DNA of 64,000 bases from the NCBI GenBank assembly GCA_025201805.1, contig MU619244.1:1-64000 (forward strand). Reading direction: 5' to 3'. The notes beneath the pieces were generated by a model, which made no database searches, was not told the origin of the DNA, and saw only the letters and a program-made list of their open reading frames with translations. The position numbers and the translations under genes are program-made. Origin of the DNA: Parasitella parasitica NRRL 2501. Taxonomy: Eukaryota > Fungi > Mucoromycota. Positions 10,606 to 22,383 of the stretch are shown here, in pieces; positions within the stretch are counted from its first letter, which is position 1; each line of letters opens with the position of its first letter.

Positions 10606-11669
10606 TGGCGTAGTTACGCTGAAAACCCGAAGATAGGAGGTGAAACGCCTCCAAAGAAACAAAGCACACATATAAATATCCAAGTATTTCCATAGCAATA
10701 AAAATCTTTTATCCCCTTTTTAGTTCTAGTTTTTTTTCATTTTTTGCCTTATATTTCCCAAACGATCAAAAGCAGTATTTTAGTAATAGCTGCTTGCGTA
10801 AGGAATAGTTTAGCAGTTGAATAAGTGTAGTCTATATTGAAAGTACAGGTAAATTACATCCCGCAACCGAGCCCTCTCAACAATATCAAATAGTTTGTTC
10901 GCACCTTGACATTTGAGCAAGTCCGCATATCTTGTTGATGTCATGGCAGCCGAGACATTGCGATATTCAGTGACCGTTGAGATATTATACTGATTCGTAT
11001 CTGATACAATCATATAATATATTTGCAGTAAATCAGCAAGCGTAGTACTTGTAGGAATCGATATAGTGCAGATGTAGCAGTGCGTATACATCAAATTAAT
11101 AAAAAATATATTTTATCAACCATTGTTTTAATACACGAAATAGATATACAATTAAAACTGGATATATTTATTTGTATACAAGAACACAGCAAAATAATAA
11201 ACACAATAATCCAGCGAGGAATAGAGCGTATAAATGCTTTGTTTGGTTTTATAATTCCCATTCAAGTTTCGAATTTTTGAGAAGTCGGCGTTAAATCAAG
11301 TATATCTCATTTTCAAAAACTAATTAAAAATATATAGAAGCTTTAGAAAACTATAAAAAAATATGTGCGTATGCAACAAAGCGTGAAATAAATGGCCATG
11401 TATTTTGATTTGAAATAAGAGCTCTTTCAACAGAGTAAATCATGTTGAAAGTCGGGCGAAATAGATTGAATCAACCAAATCAGGAGATTCGAAATCCAAA
11501 AAAGGCGATTTTTTAAGCTGTACACTTCGTTCTAATTAATAATATGTTAAAAAATAAGATGATTGTTCTATACACAATATCTGCTTAGATTATTTATACT
11601 TTTCGAGTGCTGACATCGGTTACATGCTTGTGGAATCGAGGCTTAATAAACTTGCACCAGATACAACCA

Positions 11670-12024
11670 TGATCTGCCATAATTATAGACAGGAGATCGT
11701 GGCAATGTACTTCAATTGAAGATTGAAGATTGTCCAATGATGTGATGAGATACGCTTGTGTAAATTGGAGAATAAAGTCTCTTTTTCAAATCAAGAAGGT
11801 TATTCCTGTAAGTAACACAGATCTGAGCACCAGGATAAAGGTTAAGGCACTGTCAGATCAAAGACGTGTAGCCCTTGTTGTAGTATAACCTCATATCGTG
11901 CCCTGTCAAGTAGATTGTCACTGTGAATTAGTCTTGTCAATTAGTAATCTAAATAAGTCACCATAATTTATGTAGTAGTTGTAAAAATTATAAATACAGA
12001 TGCAATTTCGATTTTAAATAAAGT
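11670..12024 (+). repeat. Dispersed repeat family D, copy 1 (interrupted by family C)
   Basis: Homologous to the reverse complement of ~39815-40160 (tacttcaattgaagattg, ggagaataaagtctct.tttcaaatcaagaaggtt, ctgtcagatcaaaga). Confidence 0.75.
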
Positions 12025-12351
12025 TGTTGTGCCAGTGTCAAAGGGCGCAGCGTAATGTTATGTAAATATGATTTGTATAAAGTAATATAAAGACTTTTCT
12101 GAATAAAACCAGATATAAAACTGAAGACTTTTACTGACATAAGATATGATCTCTATTTATACTAAAATATATCCCAATCAATGTTTATTCACATAACATC
12201 TGATGTTTGACATGACAAGAAGTGCCAAACCTTATTAAATCACAGCATTTCCAGGACAGACCTATCTTTCTAATTTACATTAAAGAGAAGATTGGGTAGG
12301 ATGTCTTCCCGACATCTCGCGATCTGATCTAGATGCATTCTTTGAATAAGC
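12025..12351 (+). repeat. LTR-like repeat family C, copy 2
   Basis: Matches 6188-6507 with few substitutions and indels. Confidence 0.85.
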
Positions 12352-12757
12352 TGTGATGGAGTACAATTATCTAGTAGTAAGGGTAGAATGATGTACTATG
12401 TTAATGGACGGTTGGTGTATCTAATTGTTGACATTGCTATCAGGGTTATTACTTACTATATAATATTTATGTAGATATTATTGGACAAGAAGTAATTGAC
12501 AGCAATGCGGCGATGTTTATATGAACTATAAACTTATATGTAAACAACGATCGGTAGTGACAGATCAGGTTTGCAGTGATATGGATGATTTATAGATAAT
12601 ACATTTGCTAGTATATGAGAAATGTTTATGGTAATAAACTATAGTAGCTATTACAGATATTTTCACTAGCGTTCCAATATCTGGTAAAAGTTGAACCTAT
12701 TTATAACAATTGGATGTTTCATGTAAAATGAGACATCATGTAATGTGAATCATTACA
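12352..12757. repeat. Probable solo LTR
   Basis: tgtgatg...cattaca termini; begins exactly where the family C homology stops. Confidence 0.45.
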
Positions 12758-12781
12758 CATATTTTGACAAACAATTATACT

Positions 12782-13038
12782 ATGAGCATTAATCAACAAT
12801 CAAGAGAGCGTCTCACTATCGAGCAAAAGTACGAAATCTGTATGCATAATGCTCAGTTTCCAACACAACCCAAATTTAAATACCGTCAATTTACTGTAAA
12901 ATAAGGCAAATTTTCAGCCTTATTTGGAATAAGGCTAATAAGACTAACTCCCTGCTTAAAAAAAAAATTCATAAAAATTGTAGCCTTATATCATGAATAG
13001 CCTTATATCGAACAGCCTTAAATCGAGCGGCTACTGTA
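12782..13038 (+). mobile_element. pogo/Tigger-like DNA transposon remnant (internally deleted)
   Basis: Short ORF 12782-12904 MSINQQSRERLTIEQKYEIC resembles a CENP-B/psq-type HTH start. It is followed by AGCCTTA subterminal repeats and a ...TCGAGCGGCTACTG|TA end, typical of Tc1/pogo TA insertion. Confidence 0.6.
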
Positions 13039-14090
13039 AAGGACGTGTAGTCCCAAATGTGTTCATCGCCAACTGGTTGCATTATGATGTTGCCATTCAA
13101 GTTTGTCAGTACGTTTGGTGGAAAAAGAGAGTGATTCCTTTCATTACTGAATAGATAAGACGTACGTTGATCGTACATAATGTAGTTGTACCATTGTATG
13201 TACTTGGTTATTTCACCATTTTTTCTTTCCACTTTGGTTATATAACCGAGAAAGAGTTCTTGATTACATTTGGTTTTATAAACCACAAAGCTGTCCTGTA
13301 CTGTCGATGGTGTTCTATAATCATTATTATCGCTATTTTCTCGGCTATCCAGCAACTCTTCAATCTTTGATTGCCACTTCATTATTGATGAGCCAACACG
13401 GGATCGTGACGCAGATCCGTCATTCTTTGTAACTGTGAATGAACCACCATTGACAAGATGTCGCACGAGGAATTGCTTTGCCAATTTCAGAGCTACATCT
13501 TTTGAAGGATTGTGTCGGTTTGTCAACAAAATAGCTTCTCTGATGAACTTGTTGTATTGTTCTCCATGCTCGGTTTCATAGTGAACAGGCATTGCAAAAC
13601 GACGGATGTCATCCTCCAGATGGAACAGGAAATGAACCTTCGGCTGAATAGAGAACAAGGGCGGTTCTATGAGTTGTATCTTAATACAGTGGTTGTCACG
13701 ATCAAGAAGAAGGGCGCTTAGATTAGATGTCCAATATCTGATCAAATTAATCAATTGCTCTACGTTGGTTTGCTTGACACCACGCATGTACAACAACGAA
13801 GCAAGGTGACCAACTACTTCGAGACAACAAGTGGTTTTGCCTAGCAAATCATTTTCGCTCGTGGAGAAAGTATCCCTTAATACAGCTGGAAGAACTTGCA
13901 TCAGCACTTTGAAATCCCTTCCAATAAAAGATCCACAATGAACCAACAGAGCTCGAAATTTGCGGGTGTAGGCTTTTGAGGAGCGAATTTTGCCTATCTG
14001 TCAAATTCAGCTTTGGATATACAATATTTGGGCCTGCAATATGTTGTAGATCTTGCAGTTTTCTACGCATAGGATAGGTTCTCAATGATT
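13039..14090 (-). pseudogene. Transposase fragment (CACTA/EnSpm- or Plavaka-like C-terminal region)
   Basis: GSFIGRDFKVLMQVLP and PKVHFLFHLEDDIRRF...ETEHGEQYNKFIR motifs; 5' truncated with an apparent frameshift near 13950. Confidence 0.6.
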
Positions 14091-14305
14091 AATAGGCTGT
14101 AAAAACTGTAGGGTTCTCCCAAGGCAGCAAGGATTCATCCTAAACAACCCATTACGCAATAATTTATCATAAGAATAAAAACGTTTACAAGACTACATTC
14201 TCGACTCACGGCTGCACTTGTAAGCTCTAGATGATGCTATTATTTTCAAGGGAAAAAATGGATGCTTATTCTATGCTAATAATAGTATACATGTAGATAT
14301 AAAGT

Positions 14306-15909
14306 CTATGCTCCTATGGATCCATCTTGCTTTAGTTTTTCAACTTGCTTTCTTGTATAACCCAAAACGTTATTTAAAATCTCATCCGTGTGAGCACCCA
14401 AGAGAGGAGGTGCTAAACGGATGCTCGTCTCGGCTTCACTGTACTTGACAGGAGGGCCTACAACCTTAATTTTACCTGCACGCTCATGCTCGATTTCATG
14501 AACCAGGCCTCTCGCTACAATTTGTGGATGTTGAAATGTTTGTTCAATGTTATTAATGGGAGCAAATGGAAATCCAGCGCCTGTAAGCTTCTCTAGCCAG
14601 TAAGATGTATCTTCCTGTTCTAAACGGTCTTCCAGCAAACGGATCAATTCTTTGCGATGCTTGACACGATCTGAGTTGCGCTTATATTTGGGATCTTCCA
14701 AAAGATGTTCGAGGTCCATGCGGTAACAGAGCTTGGCAAATTGTCCATCGTTACCTGCACCAATCATTACAAATGAGTCCCTGGTAGGAAGCACCTGGTA
14801 AGGTACAATAGAAGGGTGGGATGTGCCCATACGCTTTGCTTCTTGACCACCGATCAGATAATTGGAGGCAATATTGGCTAGTGATGCTACTTGAGATTCA
14901 ATCAACGAACAATCTATATGCTGTCCTTTTCCAGTAGTGCCGCGTTGAATCAAGGCAGCTAGAATAGCGCTATGAGCATACAAGCCAGTCGTAAGGTCTA
15001 GTAATATCCTATTAGGGTATATTGCAAATGACCCAGAACTGACTTAAACTTACCGGTAATGGCAACACCTACTTTGACGGGAGTGCCTTCCGGTTCGCCG
15101 GTGATGTGCATCAAACCAGCCTCGGCCTACTTTTGATCAATTACACTCATCCTTCACGTTTCAATGCTTATACGACTTACTTCAATAATCACGTCGTATC
15201 CAGGCCTATTTGCGTAGGGACCTGTTTGTCCATAACCGGTTATTGAAGCATAAATCAATTTGGGGTTGATCTTGCTTAGCTCTTGATAGCCTAACCCCAT
15301 CTTTTCAAGTTTTCCTGGCAAATAATTCTCGACAAGAATATCACTTTCCTTTACAAGGTCGTGAATCAGTTGACGGCCTCCTTCAGATTTCATATTAACA
15401 GTGATAGATTTTTTGTTGCGGTTGACGCATAAAAAGTAAGCAGATTCGCCATGAGTAAGGTCTGATGGATCTTTGTTGTTGGCAAAAGGTGGTCCCCATG
15501 CTCGGGTGTCATCACCACCGTTAGGGTTTTCAACTTTGACTACATCGGCACTAGTTTTCACGATGAGTATATGTATAAATATGTATTTGTATATAATACG
15601 CATTTGTGTGTGCGGCTCTCTGTATTACCCTAAATCGCCCAGCATCATTGTGCAGTACGGACCAGCTATTCAAACTGTCATTAGTTGAAAAGTCTTGGTA
15701 TTTGTTTCATCAAGCCAATATATACCCAATACTCTTGTCAAATCTAATACTCGGATTCCCTCTAAAGGAGCATGGCCAGCTGATTTACTGGGTTGATTGA
15801 AATCTCTATATTGAGCTGTGCAAGAGTTAAAGGAACGTTGTATCAAACAGCTCTTGACGGGCTTTGATTTCAAGAAGAAGCGACTTGCACTCAAGATAGT
15901 TGTAGACAT
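14306..15909 (-). CDS. Family III CoA-transferase (CaiB/BaiF; succinate-hydroxymethylglutarate CoA-transferase-like), spliced
   Basis: [63 protein letters not shown]; N-terminus resembles a mitochondrial presequence. Confidence 0.93.
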
Positions 15910-16314
15910 GATATATCTAGTTTATATGTGGAGAGAGAGAAAGAAAAAAAGAAAGCAAGAGAAGAGAGACAAGAGAGACAAGAGGGGAAAAGAAAGGAAA
16001 CCAGTTTTATACCAAGAAGACTTGAGATTATCGGAACCCACCCCACATTATTAGGTTAAAAAAAAGGAACGCATGAAACTTTTCCCGCTTTAAAGCAAAA
16101 GGTTATATTATATTTGTCATTTAGTGTAACAATCTCATTGCTTAAACAAGATCCTGTGAATTGAAATTGTCATTATTGTATATTGTATATATGACAGATG
16201 TTATGTGCAAACAATTTTTGTATTAATAAAACGTAACAAGAGTAAAAAGTTCACCGTTTTTACCCAGTTTAAGCGTGTATTCAACCATGTCCAGCTCTTT
16301 TGGCACCCAATCAA

Positions 16315-18191
16315 TCAATCCAAGCTTATCAAAACAAGGTGAGTTTCTGTCAAAATCAAAAGAATCTTTTCAAGTAATAGCTGCGCTCCAATGATATCTA
16401 CATCGTGGCCCTGAGTCAAGTCAATCAGGGTTTGCATCTCTTCCAATCTCTTGTCATCATGATGATAATACAAATAAGCGTTTCGACTGCTTTCAATGAT
16501 GGACGTAAAGTGAAAATAAGCATCATGGTGAATAAAGCGAGCATCTCGTTTGGAAGCCTGGACAAAACCAAACGCATCAAATGTAGCTGCATGCTGAACT
16601 TGAATTTTATCTCCAACTTCTGTCAATGTGAATACTAGACCATCAACATCCATTTGAAGACAAATGGATGGCATTTCGTTTGCTGCATCAAACGAGCTGC
16701 AGATCCAGCGATACGTTCCCGATTCAAATTCATCTACAACCACTCCTCTGCAATCATACACGCTAAATACAACAAGTTCGCCAGCATCATCAATATCCTC
16801 ATCCATGTCTGTAGCCGCTGGATGTTGAGCTGGTTGCACAAAAGATGGATTTGGCACCAACGACGAAGAGTTGCCATTATCATTTGATGTGAACTTTGCT
16901 AATCTACTCTTGATTTCTGACAAGTGATCTGTGGAGAGCGTTTCCATGACTCCGTCATCCTTGTCAAAAAGTTGCGGCCAGCGAGTGTGTTCATCGACCT
17001 TGGTCATAAAAAGCGTGAGAGTATCGTCCTCTAGTGTCCAAAGAGACTCTTCAGGCTGTATAGTACTCCATAGCTTGCGAAATGGATATGAAATGCAACT
17101 ACTGTGCACTAGCAAACTTAGATGGTCTACAACGAATTTGCAGTTAATAGCTGATTTTGGCGTATTTCCCGGTAATTTGAATTGCACTGTAATATCAGCA
17201 CCGTCTTGGCTCCATTGGTAAGCAGTCTTGTTGGATGCCTCTTCCTCGTGTACAATATCCAATGGCATTACACTGCCTTCTTCTTCTTCGTTTTGCGATA
17301 ATTTGACTTTATTGTAGCGAGTCTCACTGCCAAATATACATTTTCCTGATGGTGCGATGGCAGAATACACAGGCACTTCTGGCCCAGTTTGAATATGCAG
17401 TGTTTTCAGTAAAAGCACAAACGATCCGTCGTCTAGTCTTTCTGTATCCGGAGTGGGAATGTCTAATTCCAAGGTTGCGATATTGAATTCGGTTGTTTTC
17501 GACGCTGTGCGACTGTACACGACAAGTACGATTTTGGTTTTGATTCGACGTGCTGCCAACAGCATACAAGGGACAGGAGAAACACCCTCATTGCCTACAC
17601 CCAAATAACATGCAGAGGCTAGCGATGTCCCCAATACCTCCCCGTTCTTCTCTTCGAGCCCGATGAGCTCGATATCACCCACGCCATTCGATGCCAAAAG
17701 TAATTCACGGCTGACCGACACAGCTGAAGGCAATTGAGGTTCGATAGGTACTGTGCTATCGACATCTACAAATGCTGGAATCACCCCTAACGGCTTGATA
17801 AGCTCAGTGATCAAGTAGGTGTTGATTTTGTTGACCAACTGAAGCGAAAAAAAAAAAAAATACAGTCTTTTATCATACTGATTCATGCGTGTGCCAAATT
17901 GACATGTGTATATACCTTGTCATAAACAATCATGTGCAAATTAAACTCTTGGTCAATACAGAAAGACGACCCTCTGTTTTGGTCTAGAGGATGTCCGTAG
18001 ATCAGATTACTATGTCGAATTCGTGCTTGAAGGTCGCGAAATCCAAGGCGTTGGTCGTTTGTGGGCTCGTACACTTGGATGTTACGAAGCGGGAGTCTGA
18101 TGAGATTGGTTGTTTCTTCAAAGGGGCTTAGCTTGTAGTCCTCAAATTTGAGGTTAAGCTTTTGCGCATCTGGAATGAATCTTGTATTCAT
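16315..18191 (-). CDS. NUDCD1: NudC domain-containing protein 1-like (CS/p23 domain), 2 exons
   Basis: N-terminal LNLKFEDYKLS, CS domain YQWSQ...ESLWTLE...WPQL, C-terminal FGFVQASK. Confidence 0.85.
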
Positions 18192-18373
18192 ATTTTTGGA
18201 GGAAAAAAAAAAAAAAGCGAAAACTGAAATTGACAAGAATTCCTGCTTTATCAAGCAAAAAAAAAACCCTTTTTTACCATCTCCGCATTGTCTCACCAAT
18301 TTCTATCGTATTCATCAACGCCCTTTTGAACATTTTGACCTCTGTGGTTTTTTTATCTCATTTACTGATAAAT

Positions 18374-19214
18374 ATGACAACCTCAGTAGACGAACTGCAA
18401 TGCTTCCTAAGCGAAAATATCAAGGATGATAAGGACTTGAATTTAAGCCGTATAATCCAACTACTAAAGACTCGCAAAAGTGAGCAAATCAACTTGGATT
18501 CAAAGGTAATTCAGAATGTACTCTCGCGAATATCAAGTTGTTTATATCGAAGCCTATAGCTTCAAGCTCTAGAACAGGAGACAAAAGGCATTCTTTTTCA
18601 TGCGGCGGACAAAGCTAAATTATACGGATCGACTTTAAAGCAACTAAACACTTTATTGGAGACAACTGAAAAGGACATTGATATTTTCATGGTTGATTCT
18701 GCGGGAAATACACCTAAAGCAAATCTGCTCGAGCACCTAACAGTGCTTGAAAACAAATTAAAGGCTATTGATGCTGCAAAAATCTATATCAAAACACTGC
18801 TGACAGAGAAGGAGCTGAGGTACGGTTTTGATTGCTTCAGATATGATGTTCAGTTGCTGACAGATATCTCATGTAAACAAGCTCCCAGGCATTAGGGCTT
18901 GTCAAGCAGGAACCCGAGAAAGCTATCATACCTTATAAAAAGCTTGTAAAGTTTGAAGAGTATATCAGCGACCAAGCCAGAAAGCACGAGCAATATAGCG
19001 GATTAGCAGAGCACTTGCAGAAAAGTCGGATTCGCCTGTATGAGGAGCTGGACGCAGTGTTGACAGCAGACTTTAAACAGACATTGGACAGTTTATCCTG
19101 GCCTTCTCCCATCAAACCACCTTACGGCCCTCAACTCGGACCAAAACTCAAGAAATTTGAAGAGGCATTCCGCAACCTGTTGATGCTACAAAAGTCGTAA
19201 GTAANNNNNNNNNN

Positions 19215-19260
<46 letters not shown>

Positions 19261-21203
19261 GTGGCATGTGTGTTTGTTTAAGGTCCATTGCTCAAACATG
19301 GTCCATGTAGACCAGAAAATAACGAAAGCAGCAAAGATGACATTTTCAGCCCAATTTCAATCATGCTGGAAGGCCTCTCGTTGCGATTTCGTTTTCATTT
19401 TGAGACATCCAAGCCCACAAACCGAATCGACAAGCCTGAATGGTATCTGCAGCATGTCAAGAATACAATTTCGACACACATGCCGTTTATCATGACAACC
19501 ATCCAACCGCTCATAGAGGCAATGGCTAAAAATGGGCAGATTTACGCCAAAGATCAATTCATTCGAGGTCTATTGCAAGATGTCACTAGAAAATTACAAA
19601 ATACAATGCCACAGGTGCTCGGCCATCCCAATTGGCTCAGCCATACCATCCATCAAGTGTTGGAGTTTGACAAGTCTTTGCAGGAAGAGTTTGCTTATGA
19701 TCAATATAACACGCTGTCGGACGTCATTTTAGGCAATTCTGTCTGGTTCAATGCTTGGTTCCAAGCCGAGAAATCTTGTAAGTACATGCAGGGAAAGAGT
19801 GATTCCCAGTCTATTTATTCACCTCGTCAACAAGTTGCACAAAGTAGATATGATGAGATCTTGCTGGATAGCCAAGCTTTTGACATATACGCGGAGGATG
19901 ATTTTGAAAAGCCTCAACAACAACAACAACCTAACAGCAAACCCATCAAACGCACCAAGTCTGCTGTGAGGTTAATCAATCTCTTGGAAAACATCACTCA
20001 AGCTTATATGCTTGTGCCAAACCTTGTTCAGAAATTCAAATTCTTTGCTGACATCCAGTTGAATTTGCTGGGACAATACCAAAAACGACTGTCTACGGCC
20101 ATAGATTCATTTGAGGCACTTAGTCTGATTCGGTCCGTACCTGTGCCTGGTGCGCTTCCCGAGGCGGTTACTGGAGTGATGACAGCAACTGAAACAGGCG
20201 GTACTCTATCGGCATTGAACCGTCTATACAGATGGTGGACTAGTGCTCGATCAATGAGCGATGTATTGAAGGATTGGACAGAGGAAGAGGTAGTGTGCTC
20301 TATTCAGACCAGATGTGGCAATTAACATTGATGTCGAATAGCTATTTATCGATATGCAATTTCACATTAATCAAAATCCTGATTGTGTTCAAGACGTTTC
20401 TCAAGCAAACGGAAAGAATAGCTGCATGGTCCTATTACCCCACGAGCACAATGAAGGCTTGTTTTCAATGGCCATCACAGCTTATGAGCAACTGAATAAG
20501 CGAGCAGAGAAGATTATTGTCAAGATCGCCGTCAAGGAATGGACTACAGAGACAAGGCAGTATGCCAAAAAGTAAGACAGAGCCGACAAGCAGGGCTGCT
20601 GAGGAATCACAAGCTAACTATGTGCCGTAGGGATGTTTGGTGGCAAACATCAACAGAGACGCCAACTGAGATATCCGATGAATTGTATAGGCCTCTCCAA
20701 GATTTGCGAGTGATTTGGAATTATCTGTACAGCATTTTACCCCGGGCAAATTTTTTGATTGTATATCGTCAAACACTTGGGGAAATCGAAAGCTGGTACT
20801 GGAAGAATATCATCACACAAAGTCAATTCTCTACAACAGGCGCAGATCAATTGGAAACCGATTTAAAGCAAGGACTCTGGAAGATTGGGCAGAAATGGGT
20901 GTTGAAGCCAGAGAATTTCATGAAAAAGTAAAGACCATGTTTTGCCTGAATCTGTTGCTATGGCTACTCACCTCGATACTTTTTACTAGATTGAAGGAAA
21001 CTATTCAATTACTGACACTGCCATTTTCGTCCGAGCAAAGCGATCTACCCTCCTGCAATGTATTAATGAAGGCGCTTGCAGATAAGGATCAGTTAGAGCT
21101 AGTACAAAAGACGCTTTCAAAATTAGGAATCGAAGTGCTGACTAATGGTGAAATAAGAGATGTGCTTAGAAGACGAAATGACATGTTGTATAGCTGGAGT
21201 TAA
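18374..21203 (+). CDS. TIP20: RINT-1/TIP20 family Dsl1/NRZ tethering subunit, spliced
   Basis: LRFRFHF...TNRIDKPEWY and HTIHQVLEFD motifs; GT-AG introns; one intron contains a gap. Confidence 0.9.
19215..19259 (+). repeat. Poly(A) tract in a TIP20 intron, next to an assembly gap
   Basis: 45 A directly after the N-run at 19205-19214. Confidence 0.9.
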
Positions 21204-21323
21204 TAATTCATTCTATACTAATGAGACCCACCCAGACGGACTACTATTAAATTTATTCTGCATATCTTTGTGTTCCTCATTTTGTCTTCTCTTTTATTCT
21301 TAAATAAATAAATAAATAAAGAT

Positions 21324-21907
21324 ATGCCAACTGATTTGTCACCTCATTACAGCCAAGACTTCTTTGCAAACGCACAGGCGGCTATGGACGATTGGCATTA
21401 TGAAATGAGAAGAGAGATTCAGGAGATTGTTGTAAGTTATAGGCTTGCTATTTCGACTGAACACAACATATTGACAACAGTAAATGATATCCTGCATAGC
21501 CTGGTCTTTACTTGGGTCCGTTTTCAGCTTGTCGCCATCAACTAGAAAGCCTAAAAAAAAATGGCATTACACATATTGTCTGCTTTGTAGACCAGAATGA
21601 ATCACGACTATTTCAATTCGATACAATTTCACAATACTTTGGATTCGAAAAGTTTATTGTGAGCGACTCCAATCTTCAAAACCTTATACCATACTTTCCA
21701 GATATCTCTCGCTTTATCCACAATGTTATATCACAGCAAGGGAAAGTCGTCGTTTGTTGTAACGGCGGCATGTCTCGCAGTCCAACGTTTGCCATCGCGT
21801 ACGTTATGGAGAGATACAACATTGATGCTTCGCAGGCTTACCATTTTGTGCAAGCAAAAAGACTATGTATCAACCCAAACGATGGTTTCAAAAGCCAACT
21901 CAAAGTA

Positions 21908-21946
<39 letters not shown>

Positions 21947-22223
21947 TTACTGCCGAGGATGATGTGTTTAATTTCTCTCTTTCATTGAAAAACAGGAGTA
22001 CGAGCCAATATACAAAGCACGACAAAACTCAAGCTTCAATGAGGAAGAGGAAGGGTTGATGAAAAGACGACGGGGATCTGGACCTGACGACGATGAGAAT
22101 GGAACTACAACCAGTGGACGACAGAGTTCTGGAGAAACTAAGAGATTTTATGGGCTAGAAGAACAACAGCAAAATGGTGTCAATGCCAATATGAGTGCAG
22201 GGTATTCATCGACGTTGTTGTAA
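21324..22223 (+). CDS. STYX-like dual-specificity phosphatase, 3 exons
   Basis: DWHYEMRREIQEIV/PGLYLGPFSA (STYX-type N-terminus), GITHIVC, VCCNGGMSRS, INPNDGFKSQLKEYE. Confidence 0.85.
21910..21941. repeat. (TA)n microsatellite in STYX-like intron 2
   Basis: Perfect TA run. Confidence 0.9.
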
Positions 22224-22383
22224 GATATAAAGTATAAACATGAAAGAGATAGATAATAAAAAACAGAAAAAAAAATCGCTCTGCCCTGGCCTATTTTATC
22301 AGTATATTTTGTTGGTATTGTCATAAAGATTCATTGCATCCATCTTTCAAGAAGGATGGCCAGACAAACTACTGTATATCATA

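Noticed and set aside
6188-12351. Family C direct repeats as the two LTRs of element 2
   Set aside because: Element 2's PPT is followed by a different sequence (TGTAGTGAGC at 10596), so family C is not its LTR
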